From NCBI GenBank assembly GCA_028696945.1, contig JAQVGD010000001.1, positions 1-59,990 of the forward strand: DNA of 59,990 nt. The letters are read 5' to 3'. Positions within the stretch are counted from its first letter, which is position 1. Each line of letters begins with the position of its first letter. A program made the position numbers and the translations under genes. Source of the stretch: Lutibacter sp. (GTDB lineage Bacteria; Bacteroidota; Bacteroidia; Flavobacteriales; Flavobacteriaceae). This document shows positions 1 through 10,519 of the stretch, piece after piece. Below the pieces are notes generated by a model, which did no database searches, was not told where the DNA came from, and saw only the letters and a list, made by a program, of their open reading frames with translations.

Positions 1-140
1 GTACTACAAATCAAAACGAAACGAAAACAGGGCGTTTCAACGCTTTTTTCCCCAATATACCCCTAAAACCACCCTTTTTTTAACACTTTTAGATCATTTT
101 TTAACAGTTAGGCTGCAATGTGGGTTATAAATTATCAAAC

Positions 141-169
141 AAAAAAACGCGCCGATTGGCGCGTTTTTT
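141..169. terminator. Intrinsic terminator downstream of pruA
   Basis: aaaaaaacgcgcc-gatt-ggcgcgtttttt hairpin with A/T tracts on both sides. Confidence 0.85.
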
Positions 170-184
170 ATTCATATATTTAGA

Positions 185-1903
185 CTACTTTTTAAATTTT
201 GTAGATAAATCTTTACCAAATTCCTTCAATTTTTCAATGGCTGTTTCCACTTCTTTCTCAACCGTTTCAATGGTGCTTTCTTTCAAAAACGGATATCTGT
301 AATCCGTTGGTGGCACAAAAGTTTCTTTAATGGTACGGGTATTTACCCAACGTAATAAATTCCATACAGAACCTGCTTTGTCATTTGTTCCCGATCCGCG
401 CGCGCCTCCAAATGGTTGTTGTCCAACAACTGCTCCAGTAGGCTTGTCGTTGATATAGAAATTTCCCGCGGCATTTTCCAATTTGTTGGTGGCAATGTCG
501 ATTACGTAACGATCTCCACTAAAAATAGCACCTGTTAAAGCGTATTCACTGGTGTCATCAATAATATCCAGAGTTTCTTCCCATTTCTCGTCTTCATAAA
601 CAAAAATGGTCATTATTGGTCCGAACAACTCATTGCACATTGTTTTGTATTTCGGATTGGTAGTCAAAATTACCGTTGGTTCAATAAAATAACCAATTTC
701 ATCGCTATAACCGCCACCAATAATAATTTCGGCATCTGCATCTGCTTTCGCATCTTCAATATAACCCGATAATTTTTTGAAAGCTCGCTTGTCAATTACT
801 GCATTTATAAAGTTTGTGGTGTCTTCTGGCGATCCCATTTTAAAAGATTTTATATCTTTTTCAATGGAAGTTCTTATCCTTCCCCATAAACTTTTTGGCA
901 AATAGGCACGCGATGCAGCGGAACATTTTTGACCTTGGAATTCAAAAGCGCCTCTAGATATTGCCGTGGCAACTTCTTGCGGATTTGATGTTGGATGCGC
1001 CCAAATAAAATCCTTTCCTCCAGTTTCACCAACAATACGAGGATATGATTTATAATTGCCTACATTCTTTCCAATGGTTTCCCAGAAACTGTTAAATACA
1101 GGTGTAGAGCCAGTAAAGTGAACGCCCGCAAAATCGCGATTGTTCAAAATAACGTCAGTAATCATCGCTGAATTTCCAGTTACCATATTGATAACACCGT
1201 CTGGCAAACCCGCAGCCTGAAACAATTCCATAATTACCTGCGCAGAATATACTTGAGAACTTGCTGGTTTCCAAATAACCACATTTCCCATCAAAGCTGG
1301 AGCAGCAGGTAAATTACCCGCAATAGACGTAAAGTTGAAAGGTGTAATGGCATAAACAAAACCTTCAAGCGCACGATATTCCATGCGGTTCCAGATTCCT
1401 GCTGAAGAAGCGGGCTGATTGCTGTAAATCTCGGTCATAAATTCTACGTTAAAACGCAAAAAGTCAATCAATTCACAAACAGCATCAATTTCAGCCTGAA
1501 ATACATTTTTGGATTGTGCAATCATGGTGGCTGCATTCATTTTATTACGAAATGGTCCAGCCAATAAATCAGCTGCTTTTAAGAAAATGGCCGCTCTGTG
1601 TTCCCAGCTTGTTGCTGCCCATTTTACGCGTGCTTCCGCAGCTTTTTTAATGGCCAGTTCAATATGTTCTTTTTCGGCGGTATGGTATTTTCCCACACAA
1701 TGTTTGTGATCGTGCGGCGGATGAATGTCAACCGTGTTTCCTGTTCTGTATTCTTTTCCACCAATATAAAACGGAATGTCAACCTGTTCGTTAAACATTT
1801 TTTTATAAGTGTCTAATAACGCTTTGCGTTCTGGAGTTCCTGGAGCATAAGAATTTATAGGCTCATTAACTGCTTTTGGTACGTTGTAAAATCCTGAAGC
1901 CAT
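185..1903 (-). CDS. pruA: 1-pyrroline-5-carboxylate (glutamate semialdehyde) dehydrogenase
   Basis: ALDH motifs FTGS, ETGGKDF, FQGQKCSAAS (catalytic Cys), ELFGP, GQQPFGG, GTNDKAG; N-terminal NEPINSYAPG. Confidence 0.95.
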   Translation of the reverse strand: MASGFYNVPKAVNEPINSYAPGTPERKALLDTYKKMFNEQVDIPFYIGGKEYRTGNTVDIHPPHDHKHCVGKYHTAEKEHIELAIKKAAEARVKWAATSWEHRAAIFLKAADLLAGPFRNKMNAATMIAQSKNVFQAEIDAVCELIDFLRFNVEFMTEIYSNQPASSAGIWNRMEYRALEGFVYAITPFNFTSIAGNLPAAPALMGNVVIWKPASSQVYSAQVIMELFQAAGLPDGVINMVTGNSAMITDVILNNRDFAGVHFTGSTPVFNSFWETIGKNVGNYKSYPRIVGETGGKDFIWAHPTSNPQEVATAISRGAFEFQGQKCSAASRAYLPKSLWGRIRTSIEKDIKSFKMGSPEDTTNFINAVIDKRAFKKLSGYIEDAKADADAEIIIGGGYSDEIGYFIEPTVILTTNPKYKTMCNELFGPIMTIFVYEDEKWEETLDIIDDTSEYALTGAIFSGDRYVIDIATNKLENAAGNFYINDKPTGAVVGQQPFGGARGSGTNDKAGSVWNLLRWVNTRTIKETFVPPTDYRYPFLKESTIETVEKEVETAIEKLKEFGKDLSTKFKK

Positions 1904-1943
1904 CGTATCTATTTTTAAGGTTTTTTAATTTAAATTTGTTTTG

Positions 1944-1951
1944 CAAAGTTA
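1944..1951 (-). promoter_or_regulatory. Bacteroidota -7 promoter box for pruA
   Basis: TAACTTTG on the minus strand matches TAnnTTTG, about 40 nt upstream of the start. Confidence 0.6.
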
Positions 1952-2010
1952 CAAAATTGAATTTACTTTTTATCTTACGCCCTAATACTCAATAATCAAA
2001 TTTTAATACC

Positions 2011-2721
2011 ATGTGTACCGTTACTTTTTTGCCCTTATCCAATACCGATTTCATTTTGACTTCCAATCGAGATGAACAAAGGCTAAGAGAAACATTGCAG
2101 CCAAAAATATATGAAGAAAACGGCGTTGAAATGCTTTTTCCTAAAGATAAAGTTGCTGGAGGAACTTGGATTGGCGTGAGTTCAAAAAAAAGAATGGTTT
2201 GCGTATTAAACGGCGGTTTTATAAAACACATAAGAAAGGCGAATTACAGCAAAAGCAGGGGATTGATTGCCAAAGAATTATTGAAAGGGAATGCTTTAAT
2301 GCCTTTTATAAAAAATCTTGATTTATTGGGTGTTGAGCCTTTTACTATGATTGTAGTAGATTGGAACACCGATACCTTGAATTTGGTTGAATTGGTTTGG
2401 GACGAAACCCAAAAACACATCAAACAATACAAAAACGAACCCAAAATTTGGTCTTCTTCTACTTTATATACTGATGAAATTAAGGAATTGAGAAACAATT
2501 GGTTTCAAAAATGGCTTTCTGAAAATGAATTCACTTCCGAAGCGATTTTGAAATTTCACCATTCTGAAAAAGGCGATAAAAAACAAGCTATTTTAATGAA
2601 ACGAAATTATGTTGAAACCGTAAGTATCACTTCCGTAAAAAAAATGGATAATACGATTGAAATGTTTTATGAAGACGTTGTGTATTCAACAAAAACTGCT
2701 GTTAATTTTAACGGCTCATAA
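2011..2721 (+). CDS. NRDE/TANGO2 family protein
   Basis: Starts MCT, with SNRDE, GGTWIG and SRG motifs. Confidence 0.9.
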   Translation: MCTVTFLPLSNTDFILTSNRDEQRLRETLQPKIYEENGVEMLFPKDKVAGGTWIGVSSKKRMVCVLNGGFIKHIRKANYSKSRGLIAKELLKGNALMPFIKNLDLLGVEPFTMIVVDWNTDTLNLVELVWDETQKHIKQYKNEPKIWSSSTLYTDEIKELRNNWFQKWLSENEFTSEAILKFHHSEKGDKKQAILMKRNYVETVSITSVKKMDNTIEMFYEDVVYSTKTAVNFNGS

Positions 2722-3868
2722 AAGAAATTACCGCCACGATGACAACTCCGATAATTGCCAAAAAAGTATAGAAACTGTTCAGTAAAATAAAATTTATGAT
2801 GGTTGTAAAACGTTTCTGTCCGTAAAAATTGCGCAAAGATTTATAAAAATAAACAAGAAATAAAAGCACAAAAATCCAAGCTGCATTCTCCATTTTAAAG
2901 AGAAGATTCATCAAATAGAAAATGATGAACAACAGAAAAAATACTGTTTGTGTATTAAAAACAAATACCAAATGTTCCATATAAGTGATTTTTTTTCTGA
3001 TATACAACAATTTCAAAAAGAGCGTGAAAATCGGCAGAAAAACAAACATAGAAATGGAAATATAGGAAGTGAATTTTTTGATTAAATTTTTAATGCCTTC
3101 TTCTGTCTTCAGTTGTGCTATATTAGTCGTCGCTTTTTTAACCTGCTGGTAATAAAAAGTGTTCCAAAAAGTTTTTTTATATCCCAAACTGTCCATCGCC
3201 TGATCATTGGCATAGCCAGGAAATTTTCTGCGGAAGTTCACAAAATCTGCTATTTTATCATAAAAGCCAATGTTAGCTTCCTGTTTTGTTTTGATGGCAT
3301 ATTCACGCGGTTTTTTTATGGAATCAGCCTCATTTTCATACAGTTTAAAAGCATTTTCAAACTCGGAAATCACTTTGGTGTTGGCGGAATCATTTTGCTT
3401 GGCTTCCTCTATGCTGCTTTTTAGGCTTGTCTTTATGGAATCAAGCTTTTGAGAATCCAATTTTGAAATTGAGTCTAAGCTTTTGGGAGCTGTCGCAATA
3501 TCTTTAATCGGGTTTTTGGTACTATCAATTTGGTTTGAAATACCTAAAATTAAAAAGAAGATAATGGAAACCTGCAAGTATAATTGAAATGGATTAACAT
3601 ATTTGACACGCTTTCCTAAAATGTATTCTTTGGAAACTTTTCCCGGTTGAACGAGCAATGGAATAAAGGTGGTCCAAAATTGGGAATCATAGGATAAAAA
3701 TCCGGAAACCAGTTTATTTAAATAATTTCCGATACTTAATTTGTTGGTGGTATTTCTTTGTCCACAATACGAACAAAAATTTTCATTCTGCAATAATGGC
3801 ATTCCACAATTTAAACACTCCAATCCTTTGGTTTGTTTGTTTCGAAACCTTTGAGGTTTAAATTTCAT
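2708..3868 (-). CDS. DUF3667-type zinc-ribbon membrane protein
   Basis: CLNCG...FCSYCGQ, GKRVKYVNPFQLY, YMEHLVF and several TM helices. Confidence 0.8.
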   Translation of the reverse strand: MKFKPQRFRNKQTKGLECLNCGMPLLQNENFCSYCGQRNTTNKLSIGNYLNKLVSGFLSYDSQFWTTFIPLLVQPGKVSKEYILGKRVKYVNPFQLYLQVSIIFFLILGISNQIDSTKNPIKDIATAPKSLDSISKLDSQKLDSIKTSLKSSIEEAKQNDSANTKVISEFENAFKLYENEADSIKKPREYAIKTKQEANIGFYDKIADFVNFRRKFPGYANDQAMDSLGYKKTFWNTFYYQQVKKATTNIAQLKTEEGIKNLIKKFTSYISISMFVFLPIFTLFLKLLYIRKKITYMEHLVFVFNTQTVFFLLFIIFYLMNLLFKMENAAWIFVLLFLVYFYKSLRNFYGQKRFTTIINFILLNSFYTFLAIIGVVIVAVISFMSR

Positions 3869-3873
3869 AATAA

Positions 3874-4260
3874 TTAGTTATGAATACTGGAAACCATCAA
3901 TTGAAAAGTGGGAATATATACCTTAAAGGTCTTTGAAGTGGAAAAGTTTATCATATTGTAAAAACCCTTCATTGCCCCAATACGTGACGTTAAAAAACAA
4001 CTGGATTTATAAGTATATTTTTGTGTGGGTTTTAATATTGGTTTTTTACCGATAACTCCCAAGCCTTCAACAACTTCATTATGGTTTAAAGAATCGAAAA
4101 TCGTCCATTGACGTTCTAATAGTTGAACAGTATCATTACTTTGGTTCTCGATAGTAACTTCATAACTAAAAGCAAAATACAGTCTGAAATTTCGATAGCT
4201 TGTGCTTTCAAAATTAGAAGTTACTGAAATTTTAATTCCATTTGTTACCTGTTGTACCAT
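3874..4260 (-). CDS. apaG: ApaG protein
   Basis: YEVTIEN, VQLLERQW, VEGLGVIGKKP, GAMKG motifs. Confidence 0.92.
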   Translation of the reverse strand: MVQQVTNGIKISVTSNFESTSYRNFRLYFAFSYEVTIENQSNDTVQLLERQWTIFDSLNHNEVVEGLGVIGKKPILKPTQKYTYKSSCFLTSRIGAMKGFYNMINFSTSKTFKVYIPTFQLMVSSIHN

Positions 4261-4313
4261 AGTGATTTAATCCGATTTTATAGTTCAAAGATACTAAAAT
4301 TTTCAATAAGACC

Positions 4314-5561
4314 CTAGTTATTTATTTTTTCGGAATTGCCATTACCAACACCAATCACTTTTGTATATCTGCTTCCAAATTTTTTATAATATACCAAAAC
4401 CGTGTAATCATTTTCTGTTTGATAAAAAGATCCGTCAATATCATGGTTGCTTATTGTTCCATCGGTTGCTTTGGTAACATATTGATAATTGTAAAATCCC
4501 TGTTTTAAAAGGATTTTAGCTTCATACAACCCCAAAGATTCATTGTATTTTAGTTTGTTTGCATCATTTAGCTGCCAATTGTTAAAATTTCCGCTTACAT
4601 AAACAGCCTTTCCTTCGAGATTTTGAGAACTTTTTAAGGAGAAATACACCCAACTGTAATCGGCATCCGTGTTATTATTTTCACCGGTTAATATTCTGAT
4701 TACAAAATTTCCGTTTATATCGGTATATAAGCTGTAAGGTTGGTTTCTTCTTTCTTCATCAGTATATAAATGGGTATGGTATAATTCTTCGCCCAATTCA
4801 ACCTTGGCAATGTTTAATGAGGAATTTCGAATGGATTTGGAATCGAAATACAAAAATTCATTCCCACTCCAAAAACTTGTTTCCTTATTGTATTTGTAAA
4901 GCAACTGATTACCTCTATAAAATTGCGGTTTTAACCCGATAATGGCATTTTGCCAATTGTTATTTTGAAGAATTACTGGAATAATTTCATCACGCGGATT
5001 GTTAATCAGCATATTTGGTGTATTGATAGTAAATTCAACAGATTGTTTTGTGTCAATATAAAAAATATCCCTGCTTTTATAAACAGCAACGCCAACAGTT
5101 ACTTTAGATTCATAAACCACAAAACGACGTTTAAAAACCACTTCATTCTCTTCATTTAAAACAGAAATTATATAGTTACCGGAAATTTTGAGTTTTGTAT
5201 TTTCATTTGGGATTGTTATCCAGTAATTTGTATAAGGTTGCAAGGTGTTAAATGAATTTTCGTAATCCCTAATCCGGTCTTCGGCAAAACCATTAATAAA
5301 TTCTGATTCCGACAAATCAGATTTGTTCCAGTTTAAATCGCAATGCTCAATTTTGTAGGAATAAGTGTGTTCATCAGCATTTAAATCGTCAAACCTTAGC
5401 ACCAATTTTTGTCCGAGCTGAACTATTGGTGCGTAGGCATTTATGGCCGTAGGTATTAAAATGATGGTTTTAATATGTTCGGCATCCATGTTATCGGTTT
5501 GAGAAAATAGAAATTGAATGGAACACAAAAAATAAAAAAATAAAAAACTCCTTTTAACCAT
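4314..5561 (-). CDS. DUF5103 protein (T9SS Plug-like)
   Basis: Signal peptide, FDDL, HCD.NW, LKQGFYNYQY, TENDY; adjacent to apaG as usual in Flavobacteria. Confidence 0.7.
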   Translation of the reverse strand: MVKRSFLFFYFLCSIQFLFSQTDNMDAEHIKTIILIPTAINAYAPIVQLGQKLVLRFDDLNADEHTYSYKIEHCDLNWNKSDLSESEFINGFAEDRIRDYENSFNTLQPYTNYWITIPNENTKLKISGNYIISVLNEENEVVFKRRFVVYESKVTVGVAVYKSRDIFYIDTKQSVEFTINTPNMLINNPRDEIIPVILQNNNWQNAIIGLKPQFYRGNQLLYKYNKETSFWSGNEFLYFDSKSIRNSSLNIAKVELGEELYHTHLYTDEERRNQPYSLYTDINGNFVIRILTGENNNTDADYSWVYFSLKSSQNLEGKAVYVSGNFNNWQLNDANKLKYNESLGLYEAKILLKQGFYNYQYVTKATDGTISNHDIDGSFYQTENDYTVLVYYKKFGSRYTKVIGVGNGNSEKINN

Positions 5562-5751
5562 AAACTTAAATTTTAGCCGACTTATTTTACCTAATTCTTA
5601 ACGCAAATTTCTTGCTAAAAGTACAAAAACAAAAATATAGTTGCCATAAACAAAAATTTACGTGAAAAAATGATAAAAAACATAAAATACTACTTATAAA
5701 TTCTTATTTTTGCTCCGTTTTTTAGAGACAATTAAATAAACTTAGAATATT

Positions 5752-7104
5752 ATGTCAAAAGACATTCATATTAAAAAAGGTCTAGATATTAAGCTGAAAG
5801 GTGAAGCCGCCAAACTTACCGAAAATGCAATAGCTAGTGATGTTTACACATTGATACCTGAAGATTTCCACAGTATAATTCCTAAATTATCCGTAAAAAT
5901 TGGCACGCAGTTAAAAGCTGGTGAAGCCGTATTTTATAATAAAGCCAACGAGGCAATGAAATTTCCGTCTCCAGTTAGCGGTGAAGTGCTGGATATTATT
6001 CGTGGTGAAAAAAGAAAAATATTGGCCATTAAGATAAATGCTGATAAGGAGCAACAATTTGTTGATTTTGGCGTGAAAGATCCTAAAGCTATGGAAGCCG
6101 AAGACATTAAAAGTCATTTATTGGCATCTGGTTGTTGGACTTTTATCAAACAAAGACCTTATGATGTAATTGCTAATACGGCAAATACACCAAAAGCAAT
6201 TTTTATTTCTGCTTATGCCAGTGCACCTTTGGCTGCCGATTATGATTATGTTTTGGCTGGAAAAGAAAAAGAGTTACAAACGGCAATATTCGCTTTAAGC
6301 AAATTAACCACTGGAGAAGTTCACGTTTCTGTTGGTAAAAATGCAAACTCACCTTTGGCAGGACTGAATAATATAAGCTTGCATAAAGTTTCAGGCCCAC
6401 ATCCTTCAGGAAATGTAGGTACGCAAATTAATAAAATAAGTCCCGTAAATAAAGGAGAAACCGTTTGGACAATTACGCCCCAAGATTTGGTAATTATTGG
6501 AGAATTGTTTCTAACAGGAAAATTTAATGCAGAACGTATTGTTGCACTGGCAGGTTCTTCGGTTGAAGCTCCAAAATATTACAAAACAAAAATTGGTGCA
6601 ACCATTACTTCATTAGTTCACAGAAAACTAAAAGGAAGCAGCGATAACAGGATTATCAGTGGCAACGTTTTAACGGGAAAAGCCAAAAACCTTAAAGAAA
6701 ATTTAGGATATTATGACAATCTTGTAACCGTAATCCCAGAAGGAAACGATTATGAATTGTTTGGATGGACTTTGCCGGTATTTAATAAAATATCTATCTC
6801 AAGAGCCTTAACTTTCTCTTGGTTATTCCCAAATAAAAAGTTTGATTTAAACACCAATACAAATGGAGAGCATAGAGCCTTTGTGGTTACTGGAGCTTAT
6901 GAAGAAGTCTTCCCTTTAGATATATATCCAATGCAAATCCTAAAATCCTGTATGTATCAGGATTTGGATGAAATGGAACAGCTGGGAATGTATGAAGTAG
7001 CGTCAGAAGACTTTGCCCTAACAGAATTTGTTTGTGTTTCTAAACAACCACATCAAGAAATTATAAGAAAAGGGTTAGACTTAATGTTAAAAGAAATAGG
7101 ATAA
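5752..7104 (+). CDS. nqrA: Na+-translocating NADH:quinone reductase subunit A
   Basis: IKKGLDI, SPVSGEV, GPHPSGNVG, ISGNVLTG, EDFALTEFVCVSK. Confidence 0.95.
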   Translation: MSKDIHIKKGLDIKLKGEAAKLTENAIASDVYTLIPEDFHSIIPKLSVKIGTQLKAGEAVFYNKANEAMKFPSPVSGEVLDIIRGEKRKILAIKINADKEQQFVDFGVKDPKAMEAEDIKSHLLASGCWTFIKQRPYDVIANTANTPKAIFISAYASAPLAADYDYVLAGKEKELQTAIFALSKLTTGEVHVSVGKNANSPLAGLNNISLHKVSGPHPSGNVGTQINKISPVNKGETVWTITPQDLVIIGELFLTGKFNAERIVALAGSSVEAPKYYKTKIGATITSLVHRKLKGSSDNRIISGNVLTGKAKNLKENLGYYDNLVTVIPEGNDYELFGWTLPVFNKISISRALTFSWLFPNKKFDLNTNTNGEHRAFVVTGAYEEVFPLDIYPMQILKSCMYQDLDEMEQLGMYEVASEDFALTEFVCVSKQPHQEIIRKGLDLMLKEIG

Positions 7105-7108
7105 GGTT

Positions 7109-8308
7109 ATGGGATTAAAAGAAAAATTACATAATATAAAAGTAAAAGGTAAAGATAAAAAGTGGTTACCTGCTTTTGAAGCCATTCATACTTTTTTATA
7201 TACACCCAATGAGACAACGCACTCAGGTGGGCATATAAAAGGAGTCGATGATTTGAAAAGAACAATGTCCATGGTGGTGTTGGCATTAATTCCATGTCTA
7301 ATATTTGGAATGTTCAATACTGGTTTTCAACACTTTAAAGCATTTGGTGCACCTGTAGATTTTTTATCTATGGATGCGTTTTGGTTTGGATTTTTAAAAG
7401 TACTGCCTCTTGTGGTCGTTTCCTATGTTGTTGGACTTGGAATTGAAGTTCTTTTTGCAATAATTAAAGGACACGAAGTTGAAGAAGGCTACTTCGTAAC
7501 GGGAATGTTGGTTCCATTAATTGTGCCAATAGATATTCCTCTTTGGATGCTTTCTGTTGCTGTTATTTTTGGAGTAGTCATTGGAAAAGAAGTTTTCGGA
7601 GGAACTGGAATGAATATATTAAATCCTGCTTTAATAATTCGTGCATTTTTATTCTTTGCTTATCCAACTTGGATGAGTGGTGATAAAGTTTGGGTGCAAG
7701 GAGCTGTTGAAAGAGCCAATGAAATGGCAGCAGGTATGGACGTTGCCGCTATATCTGGTGAAACTATTTTGGGTAGTTTGGCGCAGGGAAAGGAGTTTGC
7801 TTATTCGGTTTATGATATGTTTTTCGGGTTTATTCCTGGCTCCGTGGGAGAAACTTCTACTTTCCTAATATTATTGGCAGGCATATTCTTAATTTTTACA
7901 AAAATAGCAAGCTGGAGAATCATCCTTTCATCTGTGCTTGGTGCATTGGTTATGGGACTTCTGTTTAACGGAGTTATTAGTGCAGGCTGGATTGCAGAAG
8001 GAAGCAAATTTTATAGCTTAATGAATACTATATTTTGGCATCATTTATTGCTTGGCGGATTTGCATTTGGGGTTGTGTTTATGGCAACTGATCCTGTAAC
8101 AGGCTCACAAACCAATAAAGGAAAGTGGATTTATGGGTTTTTAATCGGTTTTATTTCCATTTTAATCAGGGTATTTAATCCTGCATATCCAGAGGGTGTT
8201 ATGTTGTCAATTTTATTAATGAACGTTTTCGCTCCAACCATTGACCATTATATTGTGCAAAGCAATGTTAAAAAAAGATTAAAACGTTTAAAAGCAAAAA
8301 CAGCATAA
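7109..8308 (+). CDS. nqrB: Na+-NQR subunit B
   Basis: DLKRTM, KEVFGGTGMN, GSVGETS, FMATDPV, PEGVM. Confidence 0.95.
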   Translation: MGLKEKLHNIKVKGKDKKWLPAFEAIHTFLYTPNETTHSGGHIKGVDDLKRTMSMVVLALIPCLIFGMFNTGFQHFKAFGAPVDFLSMDAFWFGFLKVLPLVVVSYVVGLGIEVLFAIIKGHEVEEGYFVTGMLVPLIVPIDIPLWMLSVAVIFGVVIGKEVFGGTGMNILNPALIIRAFLFFAYPTWMSGDKVWVQGAVERANEMAAGMDVAAISGETILGSLAQGKEFAYSVYDMFFGFIPGSVGETSTFLILLAGIFLIFTKIASWRIILSSVLGALVMGLLFNGVISAGWIAEGSKFYSLMNTIFWHHLLLGGFAFGVVFMATDPVTGSQTNKGKWIYGFLIGFISILIRVFNPAYPEGVMLSILLMNVFAPTIDHYIVQSNVKKRLKRLKAKTA

Positions 8309-8310
8309 CA

Positions 8311-9057
8311 ATGGCAAAAAATCTTGAAAATAACGTATATACAGTACTTTTCGCAACTGGAATGGTACTTATTGTAGGAGCATTATTGGCGTTTGTATCC
8401 TCTTCATTAAAAGAGAAAATTACTGAAAATAAACGTATAGAAAAGCAACAGAATATTTTATACGCTATGGGCATCAATGAAAATGATGAAACCAGCGTTA
8501 AATTTGTTTCAAAAAGCGTTGTGGGAGCTGAGTTTTCAAAATACATCACCAAACAATTGGTCGTTACAGGAACAGAAGCTGTTGAAGATCCCAACGCATA
8601 CCTAATTGATATTAAAAAAGAAGCAGAAAACGCTAAAAATCCAAACTATAAGAGGAAATTACCTTTGTTTATTGGCGAAAAAGATGGTAAAACATTATAT
8701 ATCGTACCAGTAAGAGGAAAAGGTTTATGGGATGCGATTTGGGGATATATAGCGTTAGATGAGCAGCTAGTTGTACAAGGCGTATATTTTGATCATCAAG
8801 GTGAAACACCTGGTTTAGGAGCCAACATTAAAGAACGTTTTTTTATGGATGACTTTAAAGGAGAACATATTTTGGATGGCGATACTTTTAAAGGAATTAC
8901 CGCATCAAAAAGTAATGCAGATCCAAAAAATTTAAATAAAACTGATTTTAAGGTAGATGCAATCGCTGGTGCAACAATTACTGGTGATGGCTTGTCTGCA
9001 ATGCTTAAGAAAGATTTAGCAATGTATGTACCCTATTTAAAAACATTAAAGAAATAA
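8311..9057 (+). CDS. nqrC: Na+-NQR subunit C
   Basis: GKGLWDAIWG, ETPGLG, VDAIAGATIT (FMN-attachment Thr). Confidence 0.95.
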   Translation: MAKNLENNVYTVLFATGMVLIVGALLAFVSSSLKEKITENKRIEKQQNILYAMGINENDETSVKFVSKSVVGAEFSKYITKQLVVTGTEAVEDPNAYLIDIKKEAENAKNPNYKRKLPLFIGEKDGKTLYIVPVRGKGLWDAIWGYIALDEQLVVQGVYFDHQGETPGLGANIKERFFMDDFKGEHILDGDTFKGITASKSNADPKNLNKTDFKVDAIAGATITGDGLSAMLKKDLAMYVPYLKTLKK

Positions 9058-9060
9058 TTT

Positions 9061-9705
9061 ATGGGACTTTTATCAAAAAAAGATGCAAAATTAATTACTG
9101 ATCCTTTAGCGGACAATAACCCCATAACCATCCAGGTTTTAGGTATATGTTCGGCGTTGGCTGTTACAGCAGAGTTAAAACCCTCCATTGTAATGGCAAT
9201 ATCAGTAATGTTTGTGCTAGCAATAGGAAATGTGGTTATCTCATTAATAAGAAACATCATTCCGTCAAAAATTAGGATCATTGTACAACTTGTTGTTGTG
9301 GCAACTCTTGTAATTATTGTGGATCAAATATTAAAAGCATTTGCTTATGAATTAAGTAAAACCTTATCGGTTTTCGTTGGATTAATTATTACAAACTGTA
9401 TTATCATGGGTCGATTTGAAGCTTTTGCTTTGGCAAATAGCCCTTGGAGATCCTTTTTAGATGGTATAGGAAACTCGGCTGGCTATGGAATTATATTAAT
9501 TATAGTTGCTTTCTTTAGAGAATTGCTAGGATCGGGTTCTTTACTTGGGGTCCCAGTATTGGGAAGTTCTGTAGAAAAAACAGGTCTTTATGCTTATGGA
9601 TATGAAAACAACGGATTTATGTTGTTGGCACCAATGGCATTGATTACCATAGGAATAATAATTTGGGTGCAACGCTCAAGAAATACAGCATTAATCGAAA
9701 ATTAA
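9061..9705 (+). CDS. nqrD: Na+-NQR subunit D
   Basis: [30 protein letters not shown]. Confidence 0.95.
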   Translation: MGLLSKKDAKLITDPLADNNPITIQVLGICSALAVTAELKPSIVMAISVMFVLAIGNVVISLIRNIIPSKIRIIVQLVVVATLVIIVDQILKAFAYELSKTLSVFVGLIITNCIIMGRFEAFALANSPWRSFLDGIGNSAGYGIILIIVAFFRELLGSGSLLGVPVLGSSVEKTGLYAYGYENNGFMLLAPMALITIGIIIWVQRSRNTALIEN

Positions 9706-9706
9706 A

Positions 9707-9773
9707 TAGTAGTGAGCTATTAGAATTGAGAAATTAGAAAAACTCAATACTAACTACTCAATACTCAATACTA
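9707..9773. repeat. Heptamer-based imperfect inverted repeat between nqrD and nqrE
   Basis: tagtagtgag...tagaattgag facing ctcaatactaactactcaatactcaatacta (CTCAATA/CTAACTA units). Confidence 0.6.
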
Positions 9774-9781
9774 TAAAAATT

Positions 9782-10519
9782 ATGGAACATATAGAATTAT
9801 TTTTTAAGTCAATATTTATAGACAATATGATATTTGCTACATTCCTTGGAATGTGCTCCTATTTAGCCGTATCTAAAAAAATTGCAACCGCTGTAGGTCT
9901 TGGAGCAGCCGTTATTTTTGTAATGGCAATTACAGTTCCCTTAAACTGGTTGTTGGATGTTTATTTATTAAAAGATGGTGCTTTAGCCTGGTTAGGACCA
10001 GAATATGCTCAATATGATTTAAGTTTTCTTTCTTTTATTATGTTTATTGCTACCATTGCAACAATGGTACAATTGGTTGAAATAATTGTGGAGAAATTTT
10101 CTCCTGCATTGTACAATTCCTTAGGAATATTTTTACCGTTAATTGCTGTAAACTGTGCTATTTTAGGAGGATCCTTATTTATGCAATCTCGAGAAATTCA
10201 AACTTTAGGATTGGCGTTTAACTATGGTATAAGCTCAGGAATCGGTTGGTTTTTGGCCATTTTAGCCATTGCAGCCATTCGTGAAAAAATTAGGTACTCA
10301 AATGTAACTGCACCTTTAAGAGGATTGGGAATAACTTTTATTATTACAGGTTTAATGGCCATCGGATTTATGAGTTTTGGAGGAATGTTAACTGGAGGTG
10401 ATGATGAAGAAACTACAGAACAGACAGTAATTGTAGAGCCTAAGCCTATCCAACAAAATGTTGAAATTACCAAAGAAGCTATTAACTTAGCAAAGAACGA
10501 AAAAGAAATTAAAGAATAA
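9782..10519 (+). CDS. nqrE: Na+-NQR subunit E with charged C-terminal tail
   Basis: FLGMCSYLAVSKK, LGIFLPLIAVNCAILG. Confidence 0.95.
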   Translation: MEHIELFFKSIFIDNMIFATFLGMCSYLAVSKKIATAVGLGAAVIFVMAITVPLNWLLDVYLLKDGALAWLGPEYAQYDLSFLSFIMFIATIATMVQLVEIIVEKFSPALYNSLGIFLPLIAVNCAILGGSLFMQSREIQTLGLAFNYGISSGIGWFLAILAIAAIREKIRYSNVTAPLRGLGITFIITGLMAIGFMSFGGMLTGGDDEETTEQTVIVEPKPIQQNVEITKEAINLAKNEKEIKE

